NCBI GenBank assembly: GCA_052327205.1
Contig: CM126226.1
Span: forward strand, 37,572,001 to 37,636,000
Reading direction: 5' to 3'
Length of the DNA stretch: 64,000 bases
DNA from: Somniosus microcephalus
Taxonomy: Eukaryota
Below the pieces are notes generated by a model. The model ran no database searches and had not been told where the DNA came from. It worked only from the letters and a program-made list of their open reading frames with translations. Of the stretch, positions 37,140 through 48,695 are shown piece after piece. Made by a program: the position numbers and the translations under genes. Every line of letters begins with the position of its first letter. Position 1 is the stretch's first letter.

Positions 37140-37330
37140 ACTGTCCCTTTGCCTTTGGGATCGGGTTCAAATCCAGCCCATACTGTAGAGATGAAAGTCT
37201 CCTCTCTTTGCTACAGTAGTTTCAAGTGAAATGAGCTGAATCAGTCACTGTTGAATTCCAGGTGAGGGCAAGTCACTGACATAACACTGTCCATAGGAGT
37301 CGGAACTGGAAGTGTCACACTGGTGCAACA
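37140..37330 (+). mobile_element. LF-SINE-like element, diverged
   Basis: GGTTCAAATCCAGCCCA..GAAAGTC..GTGAAATGAG. Confidence 0.5.
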
Positions 37331-37504
37331 CGGGGTGGTTCTAGGGTTGTGGCTTAATGTGCAGTGTTGAGCAGAATCTAACTCTGACTGACTAATCCTG
37401 CCCTTTTGAGTATTTGATGGCATTACAATGCGTAAAGAATCCATTCTCCTCCACTGAACCCTCAATATAATGAGCACAGAAATTGTTTTAAAATATTAGC
37501 AAAG

Positions 37505-37680
37505 AAGGGTGGTGGAAGCAGATTTAATAACTTTCAAAAGGGAATTGGATAAATACTTAAAGGGGAAACATTGTAGAGCTATGGGGAAAGAGCAGGGGAG
37601 TGGGACTAATTGGATAGCTCTTTCAAAGAGCCGGCATGGGCCGAATGGCCTCCTTCTACAACGTAAGATTCTATAATTCT
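37505..37680 (+). mobile_element. CR1 3' tail
   Basis: TTTCAAAAGGGAATTGGATAAATACTT..GGGCCGAATGGCCTCC. Confidence 0.85.
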
Positions 37681-37861
37681 CAGCTAAATGGAGAATAAAC
37701 TATATATTCTGTAATGTTTCTAGCATATATATAAAAAAACATTATCTGTACTGCACTAGTAGCGTATCATTAAACAGGGAGGGTAAAAATGACTAGAGGC
37801 AGCGCAGCAAGTGGAACATTGAGCCAAATATTTTTTCTAAAGGGTGTATCATTGATGGGAT

Positions 37862-39882
37862 TCAGTAATAGGTTCATTTACGAGGGAGTGTGTTCCTCGG
37901 GAGCCCCAGTAATAGGTTCATTTACTGGAGGGTGTGTTCCTCAGGAGCCCCAGTAATAGGTTAATTTACTGGAGGGTGTGTTCCTCAGGAGCCCCAGTAA
38001 TAGGTTCATTAACTAGAGGGTGTGTTCTTCAGGAGCCCTAGTAATAGGTTCATTTACTGGAGGGTGTGTTCCTCAGGAGCCCCAGTAATAGGTTCATTAA
38101 CTAGAGGGTGTGTTCTTCAGGAGCCCCAGTAATAGGTTCATTTACTGGAGGGTGTGTTCCTCAGGAGCCCCAGTAATAGGTTCATTAACTACAGGGTGCG
38201 TTCCTCAGGAGCCCCAGTAATAGGTTCATTTACTGGAGGGTGTGTTCCTAAGGAGCCCCAGTAATAGGTTCATTAACTACAGGGTGCGTTCCTCAGGAGC
38301 CCCAGTAATAGGTTCATTAACTACAGGGTGTGTTCCTCAGGAGCCCCAGTAATAGGTTCATTTACTGGAGGGTGCGTTCCTCAGGAGCCCCAGTAATAGG
38401 TTCATTTACTGGAGGGTGTGTTCCTCAGGAGCCCCAGTAATAGGTTCATTTACTAGAGGGTGTGTTCCTCAGGAGCCCCAGTAATAGGTTCATTTACTGG
38501 AGGGTGCGTTCCTCAGGAGCCCCAGTAATAGGTTCATTTACTAGAGGGTGTGTTCCTCAGGAGCCCCAGTAATAGGTTCATTAACTAGAGGGTGTGTTCC
38601 TCAGGAGCCCCAGTAATAGGTTCATTTACTGGAGGGTGTGTTCCTCAGGAGCCCCAGTAATAGGTTCATTAACTACAGGGTGTGTTCCTCAGGAGCCCCA
38701 GTAATAGGTTAATTTACTGGAGGGTGTGTTCCTCAGGAGCCCCAGTAATAGGTTCATTAACTAGAGGGTGTGTTCCTCAGGAGCCCCAGTAATAGGTTAA
38801 TTTACTGGAGGGTGTGTTCCTCAGGAGCCTCAGTAATAGGTTCATTTACTGGAGGGTGCGTTCCTCAGGAGCCCCAGTAATAGGTTCATTTACTAGAGGG
38901 TGTGTTCCTCAGGAGCCCCAGTAATAGGTTCATTAACTAGAGGGTGTGTTCCTCAGGAGCCCCAGTAATAGGTTAATTTACTGGAGGGTGTGTTCCTCAG
39001 GAGCCCCAGTAATAGGTTCATTAACTAGAGGGTGTGTTCTTCAGGAGCCCCAGTAATAGGTTAATTTACTGGAGGGTGTGTTCCTCAGGAGCCCCAGTAA
39101 TAGGTTCATTAACTAGAGGGTGTGTTCCTCAGGAGCCCCAGTAATAGGTTAATTTACTGGAGGGTGTGTTCCTCAGGAGCCCCAGTAATAGGTTCATTTA
39201 CTGGAGGGTGTGTTCTTCAGGAGCCCCAGTAATAGGTTCATTTACTGGAGGGTGTGTTCTTCAGGAGCCCCAGTAATAGGTTCATTTACTGGAGGGTGCG
39301 TTCCTCAGGAGCCCCAGTAATAGGTTCATTAACTAGAGGGTGTGTTCCTCAGGAGCCCCAGTAATAGGTTCATTAACTAGAGGGTGCGTTCCTCAGGAGC
39401 CCCAGTAATAGGTTCATTTACTGGAGGGTGTGTTCCTCAGGAGCCCCAGTAATAGGTTCATTTACTGGAGGGTGTGTTCCTCAGGAGCCCCAGCAATAGG
39501 TTCATTTACTGGAGGGTGCGTTCCTCAGGAGCCCCAGTAATAGGTTCATTTACTGGAGGGTGCGTTCCTCAGGAGCCCCAGTAATAGGTTCATTTACTGG
39601 AGGGTGCGTTCCTCAGGAGCCCCAGTAATAGGTTCATTTACTGGAGGGTGCGTTCCTCAGGAGCCCCAGTAATAGGTTCATTTACTGGAGGGTGTGTTCC
39701 TCAGGAGCCCCAGTAATAGGTTCATTTACTGGAGGGTGCGTTCCTCAGGAGCCCCAGTAATAGGTTCATTTACTAGAGGGTGTGTTCCTCAGGAGCCCCA
39801 GTAATAGGTTCATTAACTACAGGGTGCGTTCCTCAGGAGCCCCAGTAATAGGTTCATTTACTGGAGGGTGTGTTCCTAAGGA
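37862..39882. repeat. Homogeneous minisatellite, 44-bp unit GAGCCCCAGTAATAGGTTCATTTACTGGAGGGTGTGTTCCTCAG, about 46 copies
   Basis: Exact 44-bp phase (38341, 39001 and 39661 are 660 = 15 x 44 apart). The array resumes at 42342. Confidence 0.97.
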
Positions 39883-42341
39883 CTCCCTAGGCCTGAGCTT
39901 CATCCCCTTACGCCCCTATCTCAATGAAATTCGAGCTCAGCATGATGCCGAGCTCTTTTCCGTCGCCTTCATCTCCAGGCCCACTTCTTTGGCCCGGAGT
40001 CTTCCCCCCTTTCTCCCGCTTTCAGAATTCTCGTTCTACCTGGACCCCTCCCTCTGGCCTCTTACCCTCTCCAAATCTGTACATTGCGAACTGCTGGCGT
40101 GACATTGGCCGTCTCAATTTCTCTGCTCCCCTCATTCACTCCAACCTACCTCCCTCTGAACTTGCAGCACTTCGTTCTCTCCGATCCAACTCTAACATTG
40201 TCATTAAGCCTGCTGACAAGGGTGGTGCCGTTGTTGTTTTGCGAACCGAACTCTACCTTGTGGAGGCTGAACACCAACTTTCTGACACCTCCTCTTACCT
40301 CCCCCTGGACCATGACCCCACTACAGAACATCAAGCCATTGTTTCTGAGACTGTCACTGACCTCATCTCCTCTGGAGATCTTCTCTTCATGGCTGTCAAC
40401 CTCATAGTTCCCCAACCCCGCACAGCCCGCTTCTACCTCCTTCGCAAGATCCACAAACAGGGCTGCCCTGGTTTCAACCGTTTTCTTTCCCCATGGAACT
40501 GATTTCTTCCTATCTCGACCCTTGCCCAGTCTCTACCCACCTACATTCGCGACTCTTCCGACGTCTTCCGCCACTTTAACAATTTCCAGCTTCTTGGCCC
40601 CAACCGTCTCCTTTTCACTATGGACGTCCAATCCCTCTACACCTCCATCTCCCACCAGGATGGCCTGAGGGCGCTCCGCTTCTTCCTTGAACAGAGGCCC
40701 AACCAGTCCCCATCCACCACCACCCTCCTCCGCCTGGCTGAACTTGTTCTCACATTGAACAGCTTTTCCTTTGACTCCACTCACTTCCTCCAAATTAAAG
40801 GTGTTGCTATGAGAACCCGCCTGGGCCCTAGCTATGCCTGCCTTTTTGTGGAATATGTGGAACATTCTTTGTTCCAAGCCTACTCCGGTCCCTTCCCTCA
40901 CCTCTATTTCCGGTACATTAATGACTGTATTGGTGCTGTTTCCTGCTCTTACCCTGAACTAGAAAATTTAATTCACTTTCCACCCTTCCCTCACCTTCAC
41001 ATGGTTCATCTCTGACTTTTCCCTTCCCTCCCTCGACTTCTCTGTCTCCGTTTCTGGGGATAGGCTATCGACAAACATCCACTGTAAACCCACTGACTCC
41101 CACAGCTACCTGGACTATACTTCTTCCCACCCTGCTTCCTGTAAGGACTCTCTTCCATTTTCCCAGTTTTTCCGTCTCCGCCGCATCTGTTCTGATGATG
41201 CTACCTTCCATACTAGTGCTCCTGATATGTCTTCCTTTTTCCTCAACCGAGGATTCCCCTCTACCGTAGTTGACATGGCCCTCGACCGTGTCCATTCCAT
41301 TTCCCACACTTCTGCTCTCACCCCTTCCCCCTCCCTCCTAGAACCACGATAGGGTTCCCCTTGTCCTCACCTTTAACTCCACCAGATTCCACATTCAGTG
41401 GATCATCCTCCACTATTTCCGCCACCTCCAGCATGATCCCACCACCAAACACATCTTCCCCTCTCCCCTTTCAGCATTCCGAAGGGACCACTCCCTCTGC
41501 AACACCCTGGTCCATTCCTCTATCACCCCCAACACCCCTTCCCCTTCCCATGGAAGCGCAGGAGATCCAACACCTGCCCTTTTACCTCCTCCCTTCCCAC
41601 TGTCCAGGGCCCCAAACACTCCTTCCAGGTGAAACAACGATTTACTTGTACTTCTTGCAATTTAGCATACTGTATTCGCTGCTCACGATGCGGTCTCCTC
41701 TAAATTGGGGAGACCAAACGCAGATTGGGTGACCACTTTGCGGAACACCTCCATTCAGTGCATAAGCGTGACCCCGAGCTTCCGGTCGCCTGTCATTTTT
41801 AATTTCCCACTCTGATCTCTCTGTCCTTGGCCTCTTGCACTGTTCCAACGAAGCTCAACGTAAGTTCGAGGAACAGCACCTCGTCTTTCGATTAGGCACT
41901 TAACAGCCTTCTGGACTCAACATCGAGTTCAACAATTTCAGACTATAACCTCGGCCCCTATGTTTTCTTCTTTTTTCCCACATGGCAGCTGTTGATGATT
42001 CTGCCATTGCCATTTACACCTCATCTAGACTCATTTTTTGTTTCTTAACTTGTCCCTTTTGCCTTGCACCATCATCCCTTTTGTCTTTTAATCTCTCCTG
42101 CCTTCCACCCTATCACAGACCTTCCCTTTTGTTCTTTCCTCCCCTCCTCCCTTTCCCTGCTCCCACACTTGCTTAAAAATCTGTTACTTCTCCAACTTTT
42201 TCCAGTTCTGACGAAGGGTTATCGACCTGAAACCTTAACTCAGTTTCTCTCTCCACGATGCTGCCTGACCTGCTGAGTGTTTCCAGCATTTTCTGTTGTT
42301 GTTTCAGATTTCCAGCATCCACAGTATTTTGCTGTTGTGTT
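39883..42341 (+). mobile_element. Penelope-like retroelement (probably Neptune clade), 5'-truncated and frameshifted
   Basis: GLSFIP; IVIKPADKGGAVV; RFYLLRKIHK; MDVQSLYTSI; GVAMRTRLGPSYACLF; YFRYINDCIG (RT); RRSNTCP linker; FTCTSCNLAYCIRCSRCGLL*IGETKRRLGDHFAEHL (GIY-YIG); 3' pseudo-LTR. Confidence 0.93.
42204..42240 (+). ncRNA. Minimal type I hammerhead ribozyme motif in the PLE pseudo-LTR (possibly inactivated)
   Basis: AGTT-CTGACGA-AGGGTTATCGACCT-GAAA-CCTT-AACT gives stem I AGTT/AACT, the CUGANGA and GAAA boxes, and stem II AGG/CCT. The stem III palindrome ACGT reads ACCT in this copy. Confidence 0.7.
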
Positions 42342-42429
42342 GCCCCAGTAATAGGTTCATTTACTGGAGGGTGTGTTCCTCAGAAGCCCCAGCAATAGGT
42401 TCATTTACTAGAGGGTGTGTCACTGATGG
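42342..42429. repeat. Two distal units of the 44-bp minisatellite
   Basis: GCCCCAGTAATAGGTTCATTTACTGGAGGGTGTGTTCCTCAG resumes in phase after the PLE. Confidence 0.95.
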
Positions 42430-43617
42430 CTTGGCTCCTCCAGAGGGAGCATCATTTCAGAGGTTGACAAGTGAACCATTTTGCTCTGATTGCTGGTTAT
42501 TTTGGCGGCAACTGCTGTCCAGCTCCCCAGAAAGCTGAAACACGTCTTTAGGAGTTTAATTTGTAATTCTTTTAACAAGAAAAATACCTCTGCACCTCGA
42601 GCTGAGCCCTGGAGATCCTCCAGCCCATGTTCCACAGCGGACAAGTGGGCTGTTATTGGAAGAGAATTTCCGCAGGCCAAAATTTTTTTTCCCAAAACAA
42701 TCAAAATTGTGAATTATTCTCAATAGAAAATAATACGGTGTTTACTGTAATGTCTAGGGGTCTCTTGCCTAAAGGTATAAATGGAGTTGAAACAGTGATG
42801 CAATAATTTCTTTGTTGTGCAAATAAAGGGTTTGCTGCTGTTTGACCAGGAGACAGTGGACTGGATTTTTTGTTTGTATATAATTACATTTTTATTAATT
42901 ACCTATTGTTAATCTGAACTTCCAACATTCATGGAGGAAGGGCATACCACTGGGAATAAATCATTTTTTCCCCCACTCATTTTGAGCTACAGCTCGTAAC
43001 ACTCCCCCAACCATCTCTTACCTTTATTATCAAACTACTTGAAGCTTTAGTACTGGTATCAGGACGTTGTTCTTCATGCAGAGAGCGATCGACACTTGGA
43101 ACGCACTCCCAGATAGAGGGGTGGAGACGAAAACCCTTGGCATCATTTCAGAAGTTATTGGGGAGATTTTAACATCTTTGGAAGAATAAATTAGGATGAG
43201 CTGAATGCCCTTCCTTATCCGTGGTTATCTTGTGATCTATATTCTAAAAGGAGAGTTATTACCGAGCATCCCTGTAAAAATTTGCCACACTGACTTTTTT
43301 ACCCAATTTTATTTCCATGGGGTGTTTTGAATTTTTAAAAAATGTTCCTCTTTTTTCATCTGCATAAAGAATCAGCTGGGGAGCTCGCAATATGAAGAAA
43401 TACTGGACGTGAAGCCATGCCTTACCATTTGTAGCAAAGCCTGTTGGATAGCAACACACCCAGCTACTGCAGTGGCCTCTTGGGGTGCTTTATTCATTTT
43501 ATACCTTGAGAAACCAGGGTCAATGGTACAGGGGACCAGCATAAAAAGACTGAACGAGAAGACACAGTGATGGGGATTCCCCCCACTGTGCTGACCAGCA
43601 TTTTAATGGTTGGAAGA

Positions 43618-44110
43618 CAACAGCAACTTGCATTGATATAGTCCCTTTAATGTAAGTTGTCCCAAGTCACTTCACAGGAGCATTATCAAGCAGAATTTGA
43701 GACTGAGCCACGTAAGGAGTGATGCGCTATCAATTACTCATAAAAGACTGAGAGTTAGAAGAGTAACCAAAGGCTTTTATTAACAACAGAATGGAGGTCT
43801 GCCTCGAGTGGTCGACCGGTCCAGGATACCAAGGGCTGGGGAGCAGTCACCTTTATACTAGGACCTGTGGGAGGAGTCAGCCAAGGCATGTCCAGGCATG
43901 TACACAGTGGAATACAAACAGGACAAACAGGAATACAAACAGTGGTTTACCACAAGGAGATATTAGGGCAGATGACCAAAAGCTTGGCCAAAGAGGTAGA
44001 TTTTAAGGAGCGTCTTAAAGGAGAAGGAGGGAATTCCAGAACTTAGGGCCGAGGCAGCTGAAGGCACGGCCACCAATGGTGGGGCAAGGGAAGTCATAGA
44101 TGCGCAAGAG
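43618..44110 (-). mobile_element. L2 LINE 3' fragment interrupted by a solo LTR
   Basis: Reverse complement of the 1-412 type tail, split at AGGAG. Confidence 0.85.
43720..43954 (-). mobile_element. Solo LTR (235 bp; likely Ty3/Gypsy-type)
   Basis: TG...CA termini and a 5-bp TSD AGGAG (43715-19 and 43955-59). On the minus strand TATAAA precedes AATAAA. Confidence 0.85.
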
Positions 44111-46039
44111 GAAAACTGCGCTGGGGGGGGTGTAGAAACAGAAAATCTCGGCCAGTAAATCAACAAATGGTTAAGGGACAGCAAACTTGGGTTTTAACAA
44201 ACCTGGAGGAAGGGAAGACTGAGGAAGGGGAGGAGCTGCACAGTTTCTGAATCCCGACAAAGAATGAGTTAGAATGGAAGGCGGTGCGATGAGTCTCGAT
44301 TTCAACACAGGATGTATAGAGGAGGCAGAAGGCATGGCTGCGGGGGGCGGGGGGGGAATGTAGAAACAGAAAATGCTGACGCAGACTCGATGTGCCAAAT
44401 GGCCTCCTTCTGTGCTATTATATTCTAAGATGTGGGGCAGTGTACTTGGAGCTTAGGGCAAACGATAGCAGAATGGGTGGATGAACAACGGCCAGAGTGG
44501 GATCGAGGAAACGGAGAGAGACGAAAGGATTGATGAGTCTTGAGTTGTGCTTTTGAGCGAGTGTTGAGAATATAAGAGATTCGGGTAGAGCTGTTCACTG
44601 TTGCAGTGGCTGCGTTCTCCATTTCATCACATGGTTAGTCTGCAAGCTCCTGATATGGTGAAACTCTCAATATGCTAACATTTATTGTGGCAATTAAGAT
44701 TTTACTATCAAAGGGTTCCGCTCTATTGCTTTCTCATCTATGAACGGTAGAAGTGGGTGAGCCAGTGATTTTCAAGGTTGAGCTGTACCCAAGCCAAGGC
44801 TTTTGGTATTTCTCAGTGAGTCAGGACTCCAGGCAAGCCAGTAGACAATGGCAAGGTCATGGATTAATTTGAGTGACAGTTGTAATATCGTTATTTCATA
44901 ACAAGCAGAAGAGATGGATTTGTTTGTTTTATTTTAAAAAGTTCAGACAGAATGCTAAAATAGTATTATTTCCTTCCATTTCTTCCCCCCCCCCCCCCCT
45001 CCTGAAAGTGCCAATCCCTCACTCGGCTTTGGTTACTATGGTACGAGGCGCCCTTTAGTACCTCACTCCCATTTGCAGTACTTCCCTTCACGGCCATTCT
45101 TTAATGTGTGAGCTCAGTGAGTGTTGAAGTGATATTCAACTGTGGGAAGGTCATCAAATGATGTACGCACCCACGCTTCTGCTCTTTCCAGGAGCAGGAA
45201 CTCTCTCTGCTTTTTTGCCCCTCCTACCCTGGGGGGGGGGGGCTACTGAGGCCAACTGGAACACCTATAGCCAAGATGAGATTGGCAACTCACCACAGAC
45301 TGGAACCCTCCTGTTCAGTATGGCTTTCCTCCCTGATTTAATGGGGTAAGCTTATAATTGAACCTGTGCACCAAAGTACTGGGATTGTTTAGTTCTGATG
45401 GTGTTGAGGTCCAAATTGTAGGAAGTAAGGCAGGGTGCTTGGGGTGGTGGGGGGAAACAATGGGGTAAAGGGAAGGAGCATCTCAAATGGGAGGATGGTT
45501 AATAGAAGGATCAGTCCGCTCCCCATGCCAAGAGGAACAATAGCAGAGGCCTGGGAGTGAGTTTCCCATCAGTAGGGGAACAGTGCATCACACAGGGCTG
45601 AGGGTCGGAAGAAATCAATTCAGAAAATGTACTTACGGGGTTGGATAAAATAGTTCAGTCGCTATGATTTCTCTCCTTTTTTTAGCTCCCCCCTCTCCTC
45701 AGTAACACCATTCCCTGGCCAACAGGGTGGGGAAGCTGCTTACCCCACTTCACCGACGCCTGGTACTGTCACTCTTTAACCAGCCGCTTGGAAGTGGGCG
45801 AGCATGAGAGAGTTCCCTTTTAGGTTGCCTTCTCTTCTGGGAACATCTGACCGCCACTCTGCACCAGTCTCATAGTGCTCTGGGTCAGGAGAGGAATACA
45901 CAGAGCTCTGCGGCAATTGTGGGTGTAAACCATGGCAGATTGCTCTCTGTTGAAGCTACACTGCAATGCCCCACTGGATTATGAATTTTGTGCCCCTCGG
46001 TGAGGGACATTAATGCTGGGGGAATGAATTACTTCCTGT

Positions 46040-46300
46040 CCAGCACTCCAGGTCTGGTACAACACAGATGCAGATTAAAGTCTGCTCCCCCCAACAATGT
46101 GCCTCATCCCTAACTTCAGAAGGGTGCCTCACTACACCAGTGTGACAAATTTTCTATTTCCCATATCTGTCCAGTAGCTTCTTTGAATTATATTACCAAT
46201 TTAGTGCCAAATTAGTGGTAGTGTTGGGTTATGGCCACTGGCAATTATTGACTCATTCAAACTCATTTCACCATTGCAGTTGACCTGTAACTTTAATCTA
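46040..46300 (-). mobile_element. LF-SINE-like element, 3' two-thirds
   Basis: Minus-strand order GTGAAATGAGTT..TTGGCACTAAATTGG..GAGGCACATTG..ACTTTAATCTGCATCT..GTGTTGTACC. Confidence 0.55.
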
Positions 46301-47119
46301 CTCAGGTTTGTTATGTGACATTTGAAAAGGGCTCGGCTGGGAAAGCTGCTGTGCATCACTGAAGTTCATTCCTAAATCTCTAAGGAGGCCAGTTATAGCT
46401 ACAGAAAGTACCAGTGCCTCCCTTCAGTTCTGTTCTGCCTTGAGTTGGTCCTAGTTTGGTACAGTACACAAGACCTTTGATGAGCTGAAATGAGTTACAA
46501 GTCCCTAGGTGCTGCCTGTTGATGTAGATTAATACTTAAGAACCAGTACTGTGAATAGAAGTCTGTTCAAATAAGACTTTGAACAGCAGCATCACTCTCC
46601 CAAGTGATCTACCATTTCAAGTTGATGCCTCAAGTACACAAAGCTCTTTGAGTCAACTAGATCATTTTCTTTCATCAACTCCTACAGTTAGATAGATGAA
46701 CGAGAGCCAATTACCACAGCTTGGTTGGCTTGAGCAGCCAGGGGCAGCATGAGTGTTTGGATTAGACGAGAACTGGTGTTGTTGTCCCAGGAAAAGGTAG
46801 TTGGCTTTGAGGGGTTGATATTGTCTGGTTTGCTGTAACATCAAAAGGAAATGTTCCACACCATTCAGTGTTAAGTGATGTTGGTCTGATTCCGTTGAAC
46901 ACGTAGGAACCCCACGAGCACTCTCGCTGTAAAATTTGAGGCTTGTGATACATTTAACTTGTACTTTTCTCCAGTTTTCGCCCCTCCTTTTCTGAAGGAG
47001 CTGACTTTTACTGGAATACAGTTCCATGGGCGCATGTGTGAGACTAGACGGTGAACATTGGGGAAACTATTTGCTCGTGTGATGCACCATAGCCACATCT
47101 AATCCTGCATCCATGTTGA

Positions 47120-48695
47120 ACATCACTTGGAAAAAGCAAGGTCACAGACCAACTCGGTAGTCCCTCCACTGACTGAGCTGGCCGAGTCCTGAGGAAAAGT
47201 CTGCCACACTGGGTGGGCACCAAGTGGTGAAAGAACCAACACAAGCAAGTGATCTACTTGACTTTGTCCTCACCAACTGACCTGTCTCAGACACGTCTGT
47301 CCTCGATGGCATTGGTAGGAGTGATCACAACAGAGTCCTTGTGAAGATGATGTCTTGACTCCACAGCGAGGACATCCTCCTTCGTGTACTGTGGCACTAC
47401 CACCGATCTAAGTAGGACAGCCGAAGGATAGATCTAGTAACCCAAAACTGGGTATGAAGTTCTGTGGGCCATCAGCAAAATTGCATACCACCACAACCTG
47501 TAACTTTCTGGCTCAGTACATCCCTCACTCATTGATCACCATCAAGCCAGGATGTGAACCCTTGTTCAATGGGTGGTGTAGAGGAGCATGCCAGGAGCAG
47601 TACCAGGCATACCACAGAATGATCTATCAACCTAGTACTACCACTACACAGGGAAACTAGCATGCTAAACACCAAAAGCAGAAGTCTGTAGACTGAATTC
47701 ATAACTGACACAAAGGAAGATGGTTGTGGTTGTCAAGAGGTCAATCATCACAGTCCCAGGACATAGCTGCAGGTGTTCCTCTGAGCAGTGTCATAGCTTC
47801 TTCAACTGCTTCATCAATGACTTTCCCTCCATCGTAAGGTCAGGAGTGGGGCTATTCGCTGACACTTCCACAGTTTTTAGCCTCATTCACAACTCCTCTG
47901 ATAATGAAGCAGCCATGCCCCTCTACAGCTGGACCTCAATAGCATCCAGATTTGGGCTGACAAGTGGCAAGTAACATTCACGCCACATAAGTGCCAGGTG
48001 GTGACCAGCTTGAACAAGAGAAAGCCTAGCCATCTCCCTCTGATCTTCACTGGTACCACCATCTGAGTCCGTCACCATCCACACCCTGAGTGAGCCTCAC
48101 AGTTTACCATTTAACTGGACCAGGCATATCAACACTGTGGCTACAAGATCAGGAGAAAGGCTGGACAATCTGTGCTGAGTGACTCACCTCTTCACTCCTT
48201 AAAGCCTCTCCATCATCTACAAGGTTGAAATCTGGAGCGCTCACCACTCGCCAGGATAGTTGCAGCTTCACAACACTCAAGAAGCTCAACATCATTCAGG
48301 ACAGAGAAATTTACTTGATGGATTCTCTTGCCACAAGACTCAATCTCCACCCTCTCCATCACTGACACACCGTGGCTGCAGTATGTACAATCTACAGGAT
48401 GCAATGTAATAACTCATCAATGTTGCTTTGACAACACCTCCCAGCCTCACAACCTCTACCACTGAGAAGGCCATAAGTAGTAATATTGTGGGAACACCAT
48501 CACCTCCAAATTTCCCTCCAAGAAAAGCACCATTCCTTCATCATCATTGAGTCAAGATCCTGGAATTTCCTACCCAACACCATTGTGGGAGCACGGACTG
48601 CAGTGATTCAATGAGAAGGTCCACCACCACCACCTCAGGGCAACTAGGGATAAGCAATAAATATTGCCTTGCCAGTGTTACTCGCATCTTGAGAA
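47120..48695 (+). mobile_element. Decayed CR1-group LINE (second family) with internal deletion
   Basis: Endonuclease end (LLDFVLT..SDH), RT remnants (FNCFINDFPSIVRSGVGLFAD; WADKWQVTF), and tail CACCACCACC..GGGCAACTAGGGA..CAATAAA. Confidence 0.8.

Noticed and set aside
37862-39882. CRISPR-like array with a hairpin repeat
   Set aside because: Units are contiguous with no unique spacers, there are no cas genes, and the context is vertebrate.
37862-39882. Tandem hammerhead (the minus strand of each unit has CTGAGGA...GAAC)
   Set aside because: No stem II can form between CTGAGGA and GAA, the second box is GAAC rather than GAAA, and the only hairpin crosses the would-be core.
39883-42341. Active PLE or domesticated RT gene
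   Set aside because: Multiple frameshifts, a stop codon in the YIG motif, catalytic YIDD changed to YIND, and 5' truncation.
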